Shown: positions 9,686 through 18,996 of the stretch, piece by piece | Layout: every line of letters starts with the position of its first letter | Position numbering within the stretch: position 1 is the stretch's first letter | Assembly (NCBI GenBank): GCA_963822585.1 | Contig: CAWGIE010000031.1 | Coordinates: 128,001 to 192,000 of the forward strand | Direction: 5' to 3' | DNA length: 64,000 bases | Source: an uncultured bacterium | GTDB lineage: Bacteria > Auribacterota > Erginobacteria > Erginobacterales > Erginobacteraceae | Notes under the pieces: generated by a model | What the model was told of the DNA's origin: nothing | Database searches by the model: none | Seen by the model: the letters and a program-made list of their open reading frames with translations, nothing else | Made by a program: the position numbers and the translations under genes

Positions 9686-10801
9686 TTATCGGTAAAAACG
9701 ACGGACACAATCGATCACGTGGTCAATCTGCTCATCGGAAAGGTGCTGGTGGACGGGGAGGGTGATCAGTGAACGGCATTGTGCCTCGGTCCGGGAGAGG
9801 TCGGTCCGGCCGAAGGGCGGATCCTGGTCGAGCGAGGCCTTCTGGAGGTGGTTGGGGATGGGATAGTGGACCTTGGCCTCGATCCCGGCCTTGATTAAGT
9901 GTTTCAGGAGCCGGTCGCGGTCGGCGGCCAGGACCATATATATATGGTAGACGTGGCGTCCGCCAGCCCGGCGCGGGGGGACGGTGATGAACTCCGAGAG
10001 CGGCGGCGCTGAGAAAGCCCGGTCGTAAACCCCGGCGTGAGCGATCCGCCGGTCGGTGATCTCGTCGATCCGCGGGTACAGATAGTTGCCGACGATGGCC
10101 TGGATGGTGTCGAGGCGCCCGTTAAAGCCATAGACCTCGACCTCGTCCCTCCCCTTCAGGCCGTGGTTGCGCAGGAACAGGATCTTGTTGTAGACATCCT
10201 CCGAATCGGTGACGATGAAACCGCCGTCCCCCCAGACGTTGAGGTTCTTCAGGGGGTGGACGCTGAAGGCCCCCGCCGCCCCGAAGGTTCCGGCGTGCTT
10301 CCCGTTAATCTTCGCGCTGATGGCGCAGCAGGAGTCCTCCACTACCGGCAACCCGTGGCGCGCGGCGATATTAACAATCTCTTCCATCCGCGGGGGGGAT
10401 CCTGAATACCAGACTGGCATGATCGCCCGGGTATTTTCCGTGATCGCTTTCTCGATCAGGGCGGGATCGATGGTGAAGTCGTCGAGCACGTCCACGTAAT
10501 AGGGGCGGGCTCCCACGGCCACAATCGAGCCGATGGTGGCGATGAAGGTCTGGGAAACCGTGATCACTTCGTCGCCGGGGCCGACCCCGACGGCTCTCAA
10601 GAGCATCGAGAGGGCGATCGTCCCCGAGCTGGTCCCCAGGCAGTAGCGGGCCCCGGTGTAACGGGCCATCTTCTCCTCGAACTCTTCCAGTTCGGGCCCG
10701 AAAGTGTACTGGTGATGCTTGAGCAGGGTCGAGCGGATCTTCTCCAGAATCGGCTCCGGTTCGGCGAATTGCTCTTCCAGGTAAGAGTAAGATACTTTCA
10801 T
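9686..10801 (-). CDS. DegT/DnrJ/EryC1/StrS aminotransferase (paralog of 5372-6472)
   Basis: SGTIAL, VVEDSCCA, FSVHPLKNLNVWGDGG, RNHGL. Confidence 0.93.
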   Translation of the reverse strand: MKVSYSYLEEQFAEPEPILEKIRSTLLKHHQYTFGPELEEFEEKMARYTGARYCLGTSSGTIALSMLLRAVGVGPGDEVITVSQTFIATIGSIVAVGARPYYVDVLDDFTIDPALIEKAITENTRAIMPVWYSGSPPRMEEIVNIAARHGLPVVEDSCCAISAKINGKHAGTFGAAGAFSVHPLKNLNVWGDGGFIVTDSEDVYNKILFLRNHGLKGRDEVEVYGFNGRLDTIQAIVGNYLYPRIDEITDRRIAHAGVYDRAFSAPPLSEFITVPPRRAGGRHVYHIYMVLAADRDRLLKHLIKAGIEAKVHYPIPNHLQKASLDQDPPFGRTDLSRTEAQCRSLITLPVHQHLSDEQIDHVIDCVRRFYR

Positions 10802-11796
10802 CGTAGTTTAATTTCCTTCATCCGCTTGATATTGAAATACAGGGGATTGCTCATCGGTTCCTGAAGCCGACCGTCCTCGAGCGCCGCCTTGAGGTCCCCT
10901 ACCGCATCCGCGATCGTGTGGCGGGGGGCGAAACCGAGCTGCTCCTTGATCTTCTTCGAGGAGATGTGGTAAGAGCGGGGGTCGTCGGTCGGCTCGGTGA
11001 TAATCTCGACCTCATGGCCGACGATCTCCCGAACCTGCCGTGCCAGCGCGGAGACCGGGAAGTTCTCGTAGCCGGCGTTGAATATCTTCCGGTTGACCCG
11101 TTCATCCTCGTACTCCAGCGCCTTCAGGTAGAGATCGGTCACGTCCTCGATATGGATATTCGGCCGCTTCTGGTCGCCGCCGTTGACGATGATCCGGTTC
11201 CGGTTGACGGCATGATTGGTCAGGATGTTGACGATCAGGTCGAGACGCTGACGGGGGGAGTAGCCGCAAACGGTGGCCGGACGGAGGATCAGGGCGACGA
11301 AGTCATCGTCGGCGTATCTCAGGACAACCTTCTCGCACATCGCCTTGAACTTCGAGTAATCGGTCAGCGGTTCCAGTTCCATCTCCTCGGTCACGTCCTC
11401 GCACTCCTTGATCCCGTAAACACTGGAACTGGAAGCGTAGATGAATCTCTTCACCCCGGCGCCCTTTGCCATTTTTACCAAAGGTTCAAAACAGTCGAAG
11501 TTGATTGACCTCCCCAGTTCCGGGTCGAGCTCGAAACTGGGGTCATTGGAGATACAGGCCAGGTGGATGATCGCCTCGACCCCCTCCAGTTCCCGAGCCA
11601 GCAGTTTCAGATCCCGCACGTCTCCCGTGACCAGGGTCAAACCCGGATGATTCTTGACCGCCTTAAAGACCTCTTCACCGTAGATGAAAAGATCATAAAC
11701 CTTAACCCGGTAACCCGCTTTCAGGAGTTTCGGGACCAATACCGCCCCCACGTACCCTCCCCCGCCGATGACCATGATGCTGTTAAACCGTTTCAA
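10798..11796 (-). CDS. NAD-dependent epimerase/dehydratase (extended SDR)
   Basis: GGGGYVG, YASSSSVYG, YSKFK catalytic motif. Confidence 0.92.
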   Translation of the reverse strand: MKRFNSIMVIGGGGYVGAVLVPKLLKAGYRVKVYDLFIYGEEVFKAVKNHPGLTLVTGDVRDLKLLARELEGVEAIIHLACISNDPSFELDPELGRSINFDCFEPLVKMAKGAGVKRFIYASSSSVYGIKECEDVTEEMELEPLTDYSKFKAMCEKVVLRYADDDFVALILRPATVCGYSPRQRLDLIVNILTNHAVNRNRIIVNGGDQKRPNIHIEDVTDLYLKALEYEDERVNRKIFNAGYENFPVSALARQVREIVGHEVEIITEPTDDPRSYHISSKKIKEQLGFAPRHTIADAVGDLKAALEDGRLQEPMSNPLYFNIKRMKEIKLR

Positions 11797-11848
11797 AGCT
11801 GACTCCTTGATGTTTCCTCAATACAAGTGTGTTCCTTTAGAAATAAAA

Positions 11849-11877
11849 GTAATCAGTAATCAGTGATCAGTAATCAG
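11849..11877. repeat. Heptamer arm, 4 x GT(A/G)ATCA, downstream of four-helix gene 1
   Basis: gtaatca gtaatca gtgatca gtaatca read directly. Confidence 0.9.
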
Positions 11878-11878
11878 A

Positions 11879-12328
11879 TTAATCCTGCTCGAAAATTTCC
11901 GGGCTGGATTGAGTTGTTTCCTCAAATTGATAAAGGACTTCATCTTCTTTGACGACTTCGCCGCAAAAACGAGATGATTTGCCGATCATGCCGTGAAGCA
12001 TTTTCCCTATCTCTTCATATCTTCCAAGTAATTCCCGGTTTTTTGAAATATCAATATATTCGCAATCTAACGAAGTATCAAGCCAGTGCTGGGTTTCTTG
12101 TTGTTCCCCATCAGCGTCAGTTAATTTACTGATAAAGTGCGCTTCATATTTTCTCTTTGCCCACGCCTCGGCGATCTGAGCTCCTACTGACCGGGAGGAT
12201 TTCCGGATTTGAGATATCAAAGAATATTTTTCCTCTTTGGGGAAAGTCTTCGTCAGTTCAAAAATTTCCTTAGCCAGTTGTCGGGCCAGCTTATACACCT
12301 TGAGATCCCGATAACTTTTAACATACAT
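11879..12328 (-). CDS. Four-helix bundle protein (23S rRNA IVP / Avd-like family), copy 1
   Basis: SYRDLKVY, FPKEEKYSLISQIRKSSRSVGAQIAEAW, ETQHWL. Confidence 0.9.
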   Translation of the reverse strand: MYVKSYRDLKVYKLARQLAKEIFELTKTFPKEEKYSLISQIRKSSRSVGAQIAEAWAKRKYEAHFISKLTDADGEQQETQHWLDTSLDCEYIDISKNRELLGRYEEIGKMLHGMIGKSSRFCGEVVKEDEVLYQFEETTQSSPEIFEQD

Positions 12329-12477
12329 CTTTATTCTCCCGCTCACCGGTTACTGATTACTGATTACTGATTACTAGCCAGGTGACACACCATTTTAGTC
12401 ACTTTGTTGAGAATAACATGGCAACGAGGCTTAAATTAATCAGCTCTAATTTGGTTGATAGAATGATTTGTTGGTGC

Positions 12478-12532
12478 GCAGCCTTCCCGGGGGGCCAGTG
12501 AGCGGAGCGAACTGGCCCCCCGGGAAGGCTGC
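12478..12532. terminator. Perfect 22-bp GC-rich stem, 11-nt loop, downstream of the transposase
   Basis: gcagccttcccggggggccagt / actggccccccgggaaggctgc; no clear U-tract. Confidence 0.5.
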
Positions 12533-12558
12533 TCGGTCCGATTTTAATGAATCTGAAT

Positions 12559-13710
12559 TTATTCGCTGAGGCGCTCCCTGGATATATGATAGACCACTTC
12601 ACCTAAACACGGCTGATTGTTAGGCTCTTTTCTTCGCAACCGGTAGAATCTTATCCGATCAGATCGAAGATCAATTTCACACCTTACCAGGCGATGAACC
12701 CAGTGCTTATCTACGCTGAATGTACGCCCGAGGAAGTGTACTGAACCTTTCTCACTGGTCCGACGAATGTATATTATTTGCCCTCGCGGTAAAGTTTGCA
12801 GATTCAATTCCCATTCTTCCGGGAATGGCCGCCTTGGAGGTGCATCGGCAATTTTATGAGCCATACGATCTCGATAGGCCTTAACATAAAGATCAGATCG
12901 GCCCTTGAGATCTTCAATATCCCTATGTTGAAATCGACTCCATACTTTCGATTCCCACCGCCCGTTATAGTTCTCTATACTTGCTTGAAAGCCTCTTTCT
13001 CGCGGTGGAACAAAGACTGGGGTGACCCCCAGGCCAAGACACAAACGCATTACTCGACCAATTGAATCCTTGTGATGATGGGCTCCTTGAAATCGCGTAT
13101 CATTATCAAATTGAGCATATTGTGGCAATCCACATTCTTCCCAATGTCCCGAAATCGACTCTACAGTTGCCTTGGCGCTGACTCGCTCCATCGGCCACGA
13201 TCCAGGAAGCTTCCCATGAAGCGAGATTCCATTGAGGACATCGACGTGAGTGCCTCCCTGGATAACCAGATCTTCCACCACATCAAAACTATCAAGCTCT
13301 GCCTCCCCTTTAGCTACGTCGGGCAAATACCAACCTGGAGTCGGCGCAGGCCTCCGGACGCGCATTTTCCCGTCCAGTTTCCCACGTCGCTTCAGGATGC
13401 GACCTATGGTGCGAGGACACGGGGCATCTTTGATACCCTGACTGATCAACGCACGATAAATAGCCTCCGAGCCATATTCGCCAAGATCGCTGTCTTTACG
13501 CAGCTCCTTTCGAAGATCCAATATCTTGTCTTCAATGGCTACCGACGTGCGGCGGATGTTTTTCGCCACCCGTGGCAAATCATTCCAATCAACCCGATCT
13601 AATCTTTGGCCTTCAGATTTATGCAACCAATACTGAATAGTACCCAAATAAACTTTATACTTAACCGCTGCTTTGCGTTGAGATAAACCATGTCTTACAT
13701 CACTGACCAT
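12559..13710 (-). CDS. tnp: Transposase with HTH and rve-like DDE core
   Basis: N-terminal HTH, PCPRTIGRILKRRG, QFDND, ASIENYNG. Confidence 0.85.
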   Translation of the reverse strand: MVSDVRHGLSQRKAAVKYKVYLGTIQYWLHKSEGQRLDRVDWNDLPRVAKNIRRTSVAIEDKILDLRKELRKDSDLGEYGSEAIYRALISQGIKDAPCPRTIGRILKRRGKLDGKMRVRRPAPTPGWYLPDVAKGEAELDSFDVVEDLVIQGGTHVDVLNGISLHGKLPGSWPMERVSAKATVESISGHWEECGLPQYAQFDNDTRFQGAHHHKDSIGRVMRLCLGLGVTPVFVPPRERGFQASIENYNGRWESKVWSRFQHRDIEDLKGRSDLYVKAYRDRMAHKIADAPPRRPFPEEWELNLQTLPRGQIIYIRRTSEKGSVHFLGRTFSVDKHWVHRLVRCEIDLRSDRIRFYRLRRKEPNNQPCLGEVVYHISRERLSE

Positions 13711-14007
13711 AGCTTTCCGGAATTCGGCCGGATAATTTTTTTGGACATATAAACCTCCACTAGTATTTTTTGGGGACTATAATAACATAGCCAGGTGACT
13801 AAGATGCTCTGTCACTTGAGTGACTAAGATGCTCTGTCATGTGGCCGATTACTGATTACTGATTACTGATAACTGATTACTGATCACTGATTACTGATCA
13901 CTGATTACTGATCACTGATTACTGATCACTGATTACTGATCACTGATTACTGATTACTGATTACTGATCACTGATTACTGATCACTGATTACTGATCACT
14001 GTTTTTT

Positions 14008-15046
14008 TCACCTCAGCTGCTTCACCCAGTTCATAATACTGCCCATGTTCAGCGAAAACAACAAATTCGCCTCCACCCCGCAAGCCATCGTGCAGGAACG
14101 GCATCCGGGCAGCGGCTCCAGCCGACGCCAGGCCTCGGCGAATCCCATTGCTTCCGTCTCTACCCCCTCCACCCTGCCCACGCCCATCCCGCAGGCGTAG
14201 AGTTTGCCGTCGGCTTCCAGGTGTGCGGTGGCCCGGCCCGCCCAACACTGGTAGAGAGAAACAGGTTCCGGACTGGTAACCCGGTCTTTCCAGGGCCAAT
14301 CAAGAGCGTTTTGGAAATAGGGCGGCGATCCGCCGACCGGAGCGCCGGACTTTTTCAGCTCGATCAATCGCCGGAGAGTTTCTCCCCGTTGCTCGCCGGT
14401 CAGGACCAGGTCGGCGATCTCCCTGAGGGCGGGATGGAAGTGCTCCCGGGGTTCCTGGAAGTAGTCGAGGAGGACAAAGTTAGCCGGTAATTTTCCGCCG
14501 GCGGGCGTGGGCGACGATCTCCTCGACCCGGGAGGCGTTAACCGTGGTGAGAACGGTATTGGTCCAGGCGCGAATACCCTTTTCCCCCAGGGCGTCCAGG
14601 GCCGCCTGGACAGTTTGATGGCTCCCCTCCCCTCTCAAATAATCGTGGACTTCTTCCGGGCCGTCATAGGAGACCTGGACAATGTCGGCCGGAAGCAGTT
14701 CATCAACCCGGTCCGGCACCTGGAATCCGTTGGTGGAGATCCCCGTGAACATCCCCAGCGCACTCGCGCGCTTCAGAACAACTCCGATGTCCTTTCTCAG
14801 CATCGGCTCGCCCCCGGTGAACTGGACCCTCCGCGTTCCCGCCGACCGCATTTGATCAAGAACTTTTAAAAGTCTTTCGGTCTTCCAGAAATCCGGGGCT
14901 GCCAGGCGGTCGAACCGGCAGTAGCGGCAGCGGCTGTTGCAGCGGTTGGTCAGGCCGATATGGACGCTCAGGGGCACCCGCCGGGAGGGGATAAGGTTCA
15001 TCAGGATGACTTCCTTCCCGATGGCGATCGTGTTCCCGAGTTTCAT
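14008..15046 (-). pseudogene. Radical SAM protein with one +1 frameshift near 14491 (possibly a sequencing error)
   Basis: CNSRCRYC, TGGEP; span is 3n+1; removing one A from AAAA gives RRKLPANFVLLDY... joining the C-terminal Cys-rich part. Confidence 0.8.
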
Positions 15047-15063
15047 TGGATTAGCCTGAGGGT

Positions 15064-15189
15064 GTCATCGCGGGCCCCGCAGGGGCGAAGCGATCTCGAC
15101 TTCCTTTCAAAGGTTTTAGATTGCTTGGCACAGTCAACCCCGCCTCCGCCCCGAAGTTTTAATCGGGGTTTATCGGGGCTCGCCATGAC
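15064..15189. repeat. Palindromic intergenic element GTCATCGCG...CGAAGCGATCTC...GATTGCTT...CTCGCCATGAC with nested CCCCG/ATCGGGG hairpins
   Basis: Imperfect terminal and internal inverted repeats. Confidence 0.55.
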
Positions 15190-15207
15190 TATGGTTCAAT
15201 CCATACT

Positions 15208-16467
15208 CTACTTTCGTTGCTGATTATCTTCCAGCGCTTCTGAAACTCTCCCGGCGATATCCTCGATTTCTTGTGCAGTGTAAAACGGGCTGCAGGGAAG
15301 CTCGATGCAGCGGCCGCCCAGCCGCGCCGCCGTCGGGCATTCGCGGCGGCCGGCAAAGATCTCGAGGCCGGCGCAGTTTCGCATATCGTCGGGCTTGGTG
15401 TCCACCCCCCGGCGGAGCAGGGCGCGCCGGACCTTCTTCGGATCTTCCACCCGGGCCCGGAGGTAGAGGAAAGAGGAGCGCGTCCCCGGCGGTTCCATTT
15501 GGAGTTGCAGGTCCCGGCAGCCGGCGAGAAGCGAGCGAAGGAGACGGGCGTTGGCCTCCTGTCTCTCCAGCCAGCGGGGCAACCGCTCTAGCTGCCTCAG
15601 ACCGACCGCCGCCTGGAAGGGGGAAAAACTATTTGTCCCGCTTTTCCCGTTCCGGACATTCCGGGAGCCGGAAAGCGGAGCCACTTCTTCCAGAAACGGG
15701 CGGTCAAAACGATCGCTGCTTAAGATTGCCGCCAAACGCAGAAGCGGATAGAGGGTCCAGGGAAATACCAGGGGCTGGGTGAGGAGGATGGCCGCGATGT
15801 TGAAAGCCTGACCCCTGAGGATCGCAAAACCGCCGGGGGGAGAGCCGCCCGCGAGCGCGGCCCTCATCCGCTCCGCCAGGGCGGGATCCTTCACCGTCAT
15901 CGCCCCTCCCCCCCAGCAGGGGAGGTTCTTGCTCATGGCGAAGGTAAAGAGTGCCGCATCGCCCAGGGTCCCCGCGGGGCGGCCGTTATACCGTGCCCCC
16001 AGACCGTGGGCGCAGTCCTCGATCACCTTCAGGCCGTGTTCCCGGGCGATCTCGTTGATCCGGTCCATCTCCGCCGGGACACCGAAAAGATGGGTGGGTA
16101 CGATCGCTTTCGTCCGGCGGTTGACCAGGGATGAGATCTTCTCCGGGTCGATGTTCCAGGTGCCGGGATCGACATCGGCGAATACCGGCTTGAAGCCGCA
16201 CTCGGCGGCCGCCGCCGGGATCGGGTGGAAGGTATAGGCGGGGAAGATAATCTCCGCCCCCGGCTCGATCTCCAGGGATTCCAGCAGAAGGCGAAAGCCC
16301 GCCCGCCCCGAACCGACCAGGACCGTCTCCGGGAATTTTCCGAGTTCCCGGAACCGGTCGAGAAATTCGGTCTCCGGAGAACCCGGGCGGATATTTTTGA
16401 ACTCCTGGAGCAGGGAGAGGAACAACTCCCCCGGCGGCATATTGATCCGGAAACGCGGATACGGCAT
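15208..16467 (-). CDS. DegT/DnrJ/EryC1/StrS family aminotransferase (divergent)
   Basis: HLFGVPA, VIEDCAHGLG, FTFAMSKNL, GGG. Confidence 0.88.
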   Translation of the reverse strand: MPYPRFRINMPPGELFLSLLQEFKNIRPGSPETEFLDRFRELGKFPETVLVGSGRAGFRLLLESLEIEPGAEIIFPAYTFHPIPAAAAECGFKPVFADVDPGTWNIDPEKISSLVNRRTKAIVPTHLFGVPAEMDRINEIAREHGLKVIEDCAHGLGARYNGRPAGTLGDAALFTFAMSKNLPCWGGGAMTVKDPALAERMRAALAGGSPPGGFAILRGQAFNIAAILLTQPLVFPWTLYPLLRLAAILSSDRFDRPFLEEVAPLSGSRNVRNGKSGTNSFSPFQAAVGLRQLERLPRWLERQEANARLLRSLLAGCRDLQLQMEPPGTRSSFLYLRARVEDPKKVRRALLRRGVDTKPDDMRNCAGLEIFAGRRECPTAARLGGRCIELPCSPFYTAQEIEDIAGRVSEALEDNQQRK

Positions 16468-16480
16468 ATCTCTACCCTGA

Positions 16481-18982
16481 TTACGTTCTTTCTTCTCCTG
16501 AGCGACGGCGTCGGCGGAGCCTGAGGATTATACCCCCCAGGAGGGCCAGACCGAAGGCGAAAAGGCCGAAACCCCACCTGACCGCCGGGGGACGGAAGAC
16601 CCACTCCACGGTCCGGTCCCCCGGCCGGACCGGGACCGCCCGCTGAAGATAGTTTACCTGGATCTGCTCTCTTTCCTCCCCGTCCACACTGACTTCCCAG
16701 TCGGGATGGAAAACATCGGTGGTGACCAGAAGGGCGGGCTGGCGGATCTCGGCCTCGATGACCATCCGGGTTGGCTGAGGGATCGTGACGGCGCGGATTT
16801 GGTTTATGGCTTGGAGGCGGTCAAAGCGGTCGCTCGCATCCTCGTCCGGTACAAAATCGACGTAATCCGTAATTCGCAATCCGTAATCTGTTGCCTGATC
16901 TCTGCCGACACCATACTGATCACTGATTACTGATAACCGATTACCGTCTTCAACATACGCCGCCCGGCGGAGATCGCCGGTTAACAGCTCGCGTAAAGCT
17001 TCCCCGGACGAACTGACGACGATCACGTCCTGGGTAAAAACCCGGGGGAGAGTACCGGGAAGGCGATATAGCGTCCATATTCCCAGATCGGCGGCGCTGT
17101 CTGTCTTCTCTGCCAGTCGGTCGGGCAGAGAACTGCGCCGGCGGATCGTCTTGCGGAGGATCATCTTGCGCACGCTCATATTCGGGAAGAAAGCGGCGGC
17201 CGGGTCCTGGATCGCCAGTTGGTAGGGATAACCGAAGGTCAGGGCTGCCACCGCGCGGTGGAGACGCGGAGCCAGGGGTTTCGAGCAGTAGCCGAAGAGG
17301 TACTCCCCCCCAACCGTGGTCGCCATCTGGTCGATCTGGCTCAAGTCGAAGACCGTCCTCTCCGGCCCGCTGACGGGAGTTCCCCCGGTGTAAACGCTCT
17401 CCGCCAGGCGCCAGTAGAGGGTCTCGGTGGGGAAGCGGAACCGGACCCAGGGCTCCTCTCCGCCCCAGGAGAGAAAATAGATCACCGCATAAGCCAGAAG
17501 AAACGCCTCCAGAAAGACGGCCGCTATCAATATCTCCCGGCCCCCGCGGCGGAGACCGACCAGCAGAAGCGATCCGGCCAGTGCCAGAGCGATGTATAAC
17601 AGCGGGCTGGAGAAGAGCCAGCCGCGGTAGATACTCCAGGCCCGGAAGAAGATCGGCCCGCCGCTGATTACCTCCGGCCGGGACCAGACCAGGACCAGGC
17701 CGGCCAGGACGGCCGCCGGCAGGCCCAGCAAAAGCCAGCGGGGAATCCTCCGTCCGCTTCCAAGCAGCCAATGGGCGGAGACCCCCGCCAGCAGGGCCAG
17801 GCCCAGGTGCTGGAGGATCCGCCAGCGGACGGCGTAAGGGAGGCCGAAGAGGGGAAATACCCGCGCCAGCCAGAGATACGTCGGCGAATAGCGGCCGGTG
17901 ACCAGGTAAAGGGAGAAGAGAAAAAGAACCAGTCCGGTCCACCACCAGACCCCGGTTCCATCCTTCCGGGTATGCCGCCCCTTCCAGCCGGCCACCGATC
18001 CGGCCAGGCAGAGGAGGATCAGCCAGAATCCTCCGGTAAGGTTCCCCTCCAGGTAGGAGAATTCCCGCAGGTAACTCACTCCCAGGTCAGCCGCCCGGTA
18101 ATTGGTCAGTGTCCCGAAGGCGTCCGGGACCACCAGCGTCAGCAGGTAGGGCCAGTCGACGCTGAACATCTCCGAGGCGGAACGTTTGGGGGCAAGGAGC
18201 GGGGAATCGCGGTAAATCTGCAGGGTCTCGGTCATCGCCGTCCAGTAAGGGGCCGAGAGCAAGAGGCCAAGGAGGGTAATGAGGAAAAAAGCTTTCAGTA
18301 TCCGCCAGCCGGCGGCGGAATTTTTTCGGAGTAGATAAACGATAAAGATAGTAAGAAACAATAGGGCGGCGGAAGCCAGGCTGAAGATCCCCCTGACGTC
18401 GGAGCCGCAGGGACCGATAAAGGCGAAAGCGGCCGCGGCCGCCGCCAGGGGCCAGGGGGAGGGCCGGCGGGCGAAGACAACCGTCCCCCAGATCAGCAGC
18501 GGCAGCCAGGCGGTGGCGTAAATGGTTGAGGGGTCGAGGATGTTGTAAGACATCGCCGCGCCCAGGGAATAAACCCCGGCCAGCACCCCGGCCGCCGCCG
18601 GACGAAGTTTCATCGCTCTCCGGCCGAGGGCGTAGGCCCCCAGGGCGCAGATCAGCCAGTGCAGGAGCAGCGGGACCTTGATCAGCCAGGCGTAGGCGGC
18701 GTCAACGTCCGCCACCGGCGCCAGGAGATAGAAGGGATAGAGCGGCCAGTACCAGATGGTGGTATTGGGGATGAAGTTTATCCGTCCGCCGGCGAATGTC
18801 TGGTTGTCCCAGAGCGGAAGCGAGCCGGAACTGATGGAACGCGCGTTAAAGAGGAGGCGGGAGAAGGTCTCGTAAAAGTCATCGATGAACACCCCCCGCC
18901 ATCCCAGGAGCATCGGGGCCAGGAGTATGATCACCCCCAGACAAAGTCCCGTTATCCATAACCTGTCAGTCGAGAAACGCAT
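16481..18982 (-). CDS. YfhO-like polytopic membrane protein (GT-C fold)
   Basis: LPLWDNQTFAG, many TMs, C-terminal LVTTDVFHPDWEVSVDG...VNYLQRAVPVRPG. Confidence 0.8.
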   Translation of the reverse strand: MRFSTDRLWITGLCLGVIILLAPMLLGWRGVFIDDFYETFSRLLFNARSISSGSLPLWDNQTFAGGRINFIPNTTIWYWPLYPFYLLAPVADVDAAYAWLIKVPLLLHWLICALGAYALGRRAMKLRPAAAGVLAGVYSLGAAMSYNILDPSTIYATAWLPLLIWGTVVFARRPSPWPLAAAAAAFAFIGPCGSDVRGIFSLASAALLFLTIFIVYLLRKNSAAGWRILKAFFLITLLGLLLSAPYWTAMTETLQIYRDSPLLAPKRSASEMFSVDWPYLLTLVVPDAFGTLTNYRAADLGVSYLREFSYLEGNLTGGFWLILLCLAGSVAGWKGRHTRKDGTGVWWWTGLVLFLFSLYLVTGRYSPTYLWLARVFPLFGLPYAVRWRILQHLGLALLAGVSAHWLLGSGRRIPRWLLLGLPAAVLAGLVLVWSRPEVISGGPIFFRAWSIYRGWLFSSPLLYIALALAGSLLLVGLRRGGREILIAAVFLEAFLLAYAVIYFLSWGGEEPWVRFRFPTETLYWRLAESVYTGGTPVSGPERTVFDLSQIDQMATTVGGEYLFGYCSKPLAPRLHRAVAALTFGYPYQLAIQDPAAAFFPNMSVRKMILRKTIRRRSSLPDRLAEKTDSAADLGIWTLYRLPGTLPRVFTQDVIVVSSSGEALRELLTGDLRRAAYVEDGNRLSVISDQYGVGRDQATDYGLRITDYVDFVPDEDASDRFDRLQAINQIRAVTIPQPTRMVIEAEIRQPALLVTTDVFHPDWEVSVDGEEREQIQVNYLQRAVPVRPGDRTVEWVFRPPAVRWGFGLFAFGLALLGGIILRLRRRRRSGEERT
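16861..16946. repeat. Inverted heptamer element inside the YfhO CDS, in frame
   Basis: 4 degenerate GTAATC(C) units, a spacer, then tgatcac tgattac tgataac cgattac. Confidence 0.85.
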
Positions 18983-18996
18983 ATAATTTTCCTGAT

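Larger units (their letters stand above)
12375..13847 (-). mobile_element. Insertion sequence (IS481/IS1202-like integrase-core type), about 1.47 kb
   Basis: Imperfect ~27-bp TIRs; three GTGAC-N11-GTCA(C/T) motifs at 12382, 13795 and 13820; exact ends and TSD are masked by the flanking heptamers. Confidence 0.8.
12347..14001. repeat. Tandem heptamer tract (TGATTAC/TGATCAC): 4 units at 12347-12374 and 22 units at 13846-13999, split by an IS
   Basis: Units counted directly; long stretches alternate TGATTAC and TGATCAC. Confidence 0.95.
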
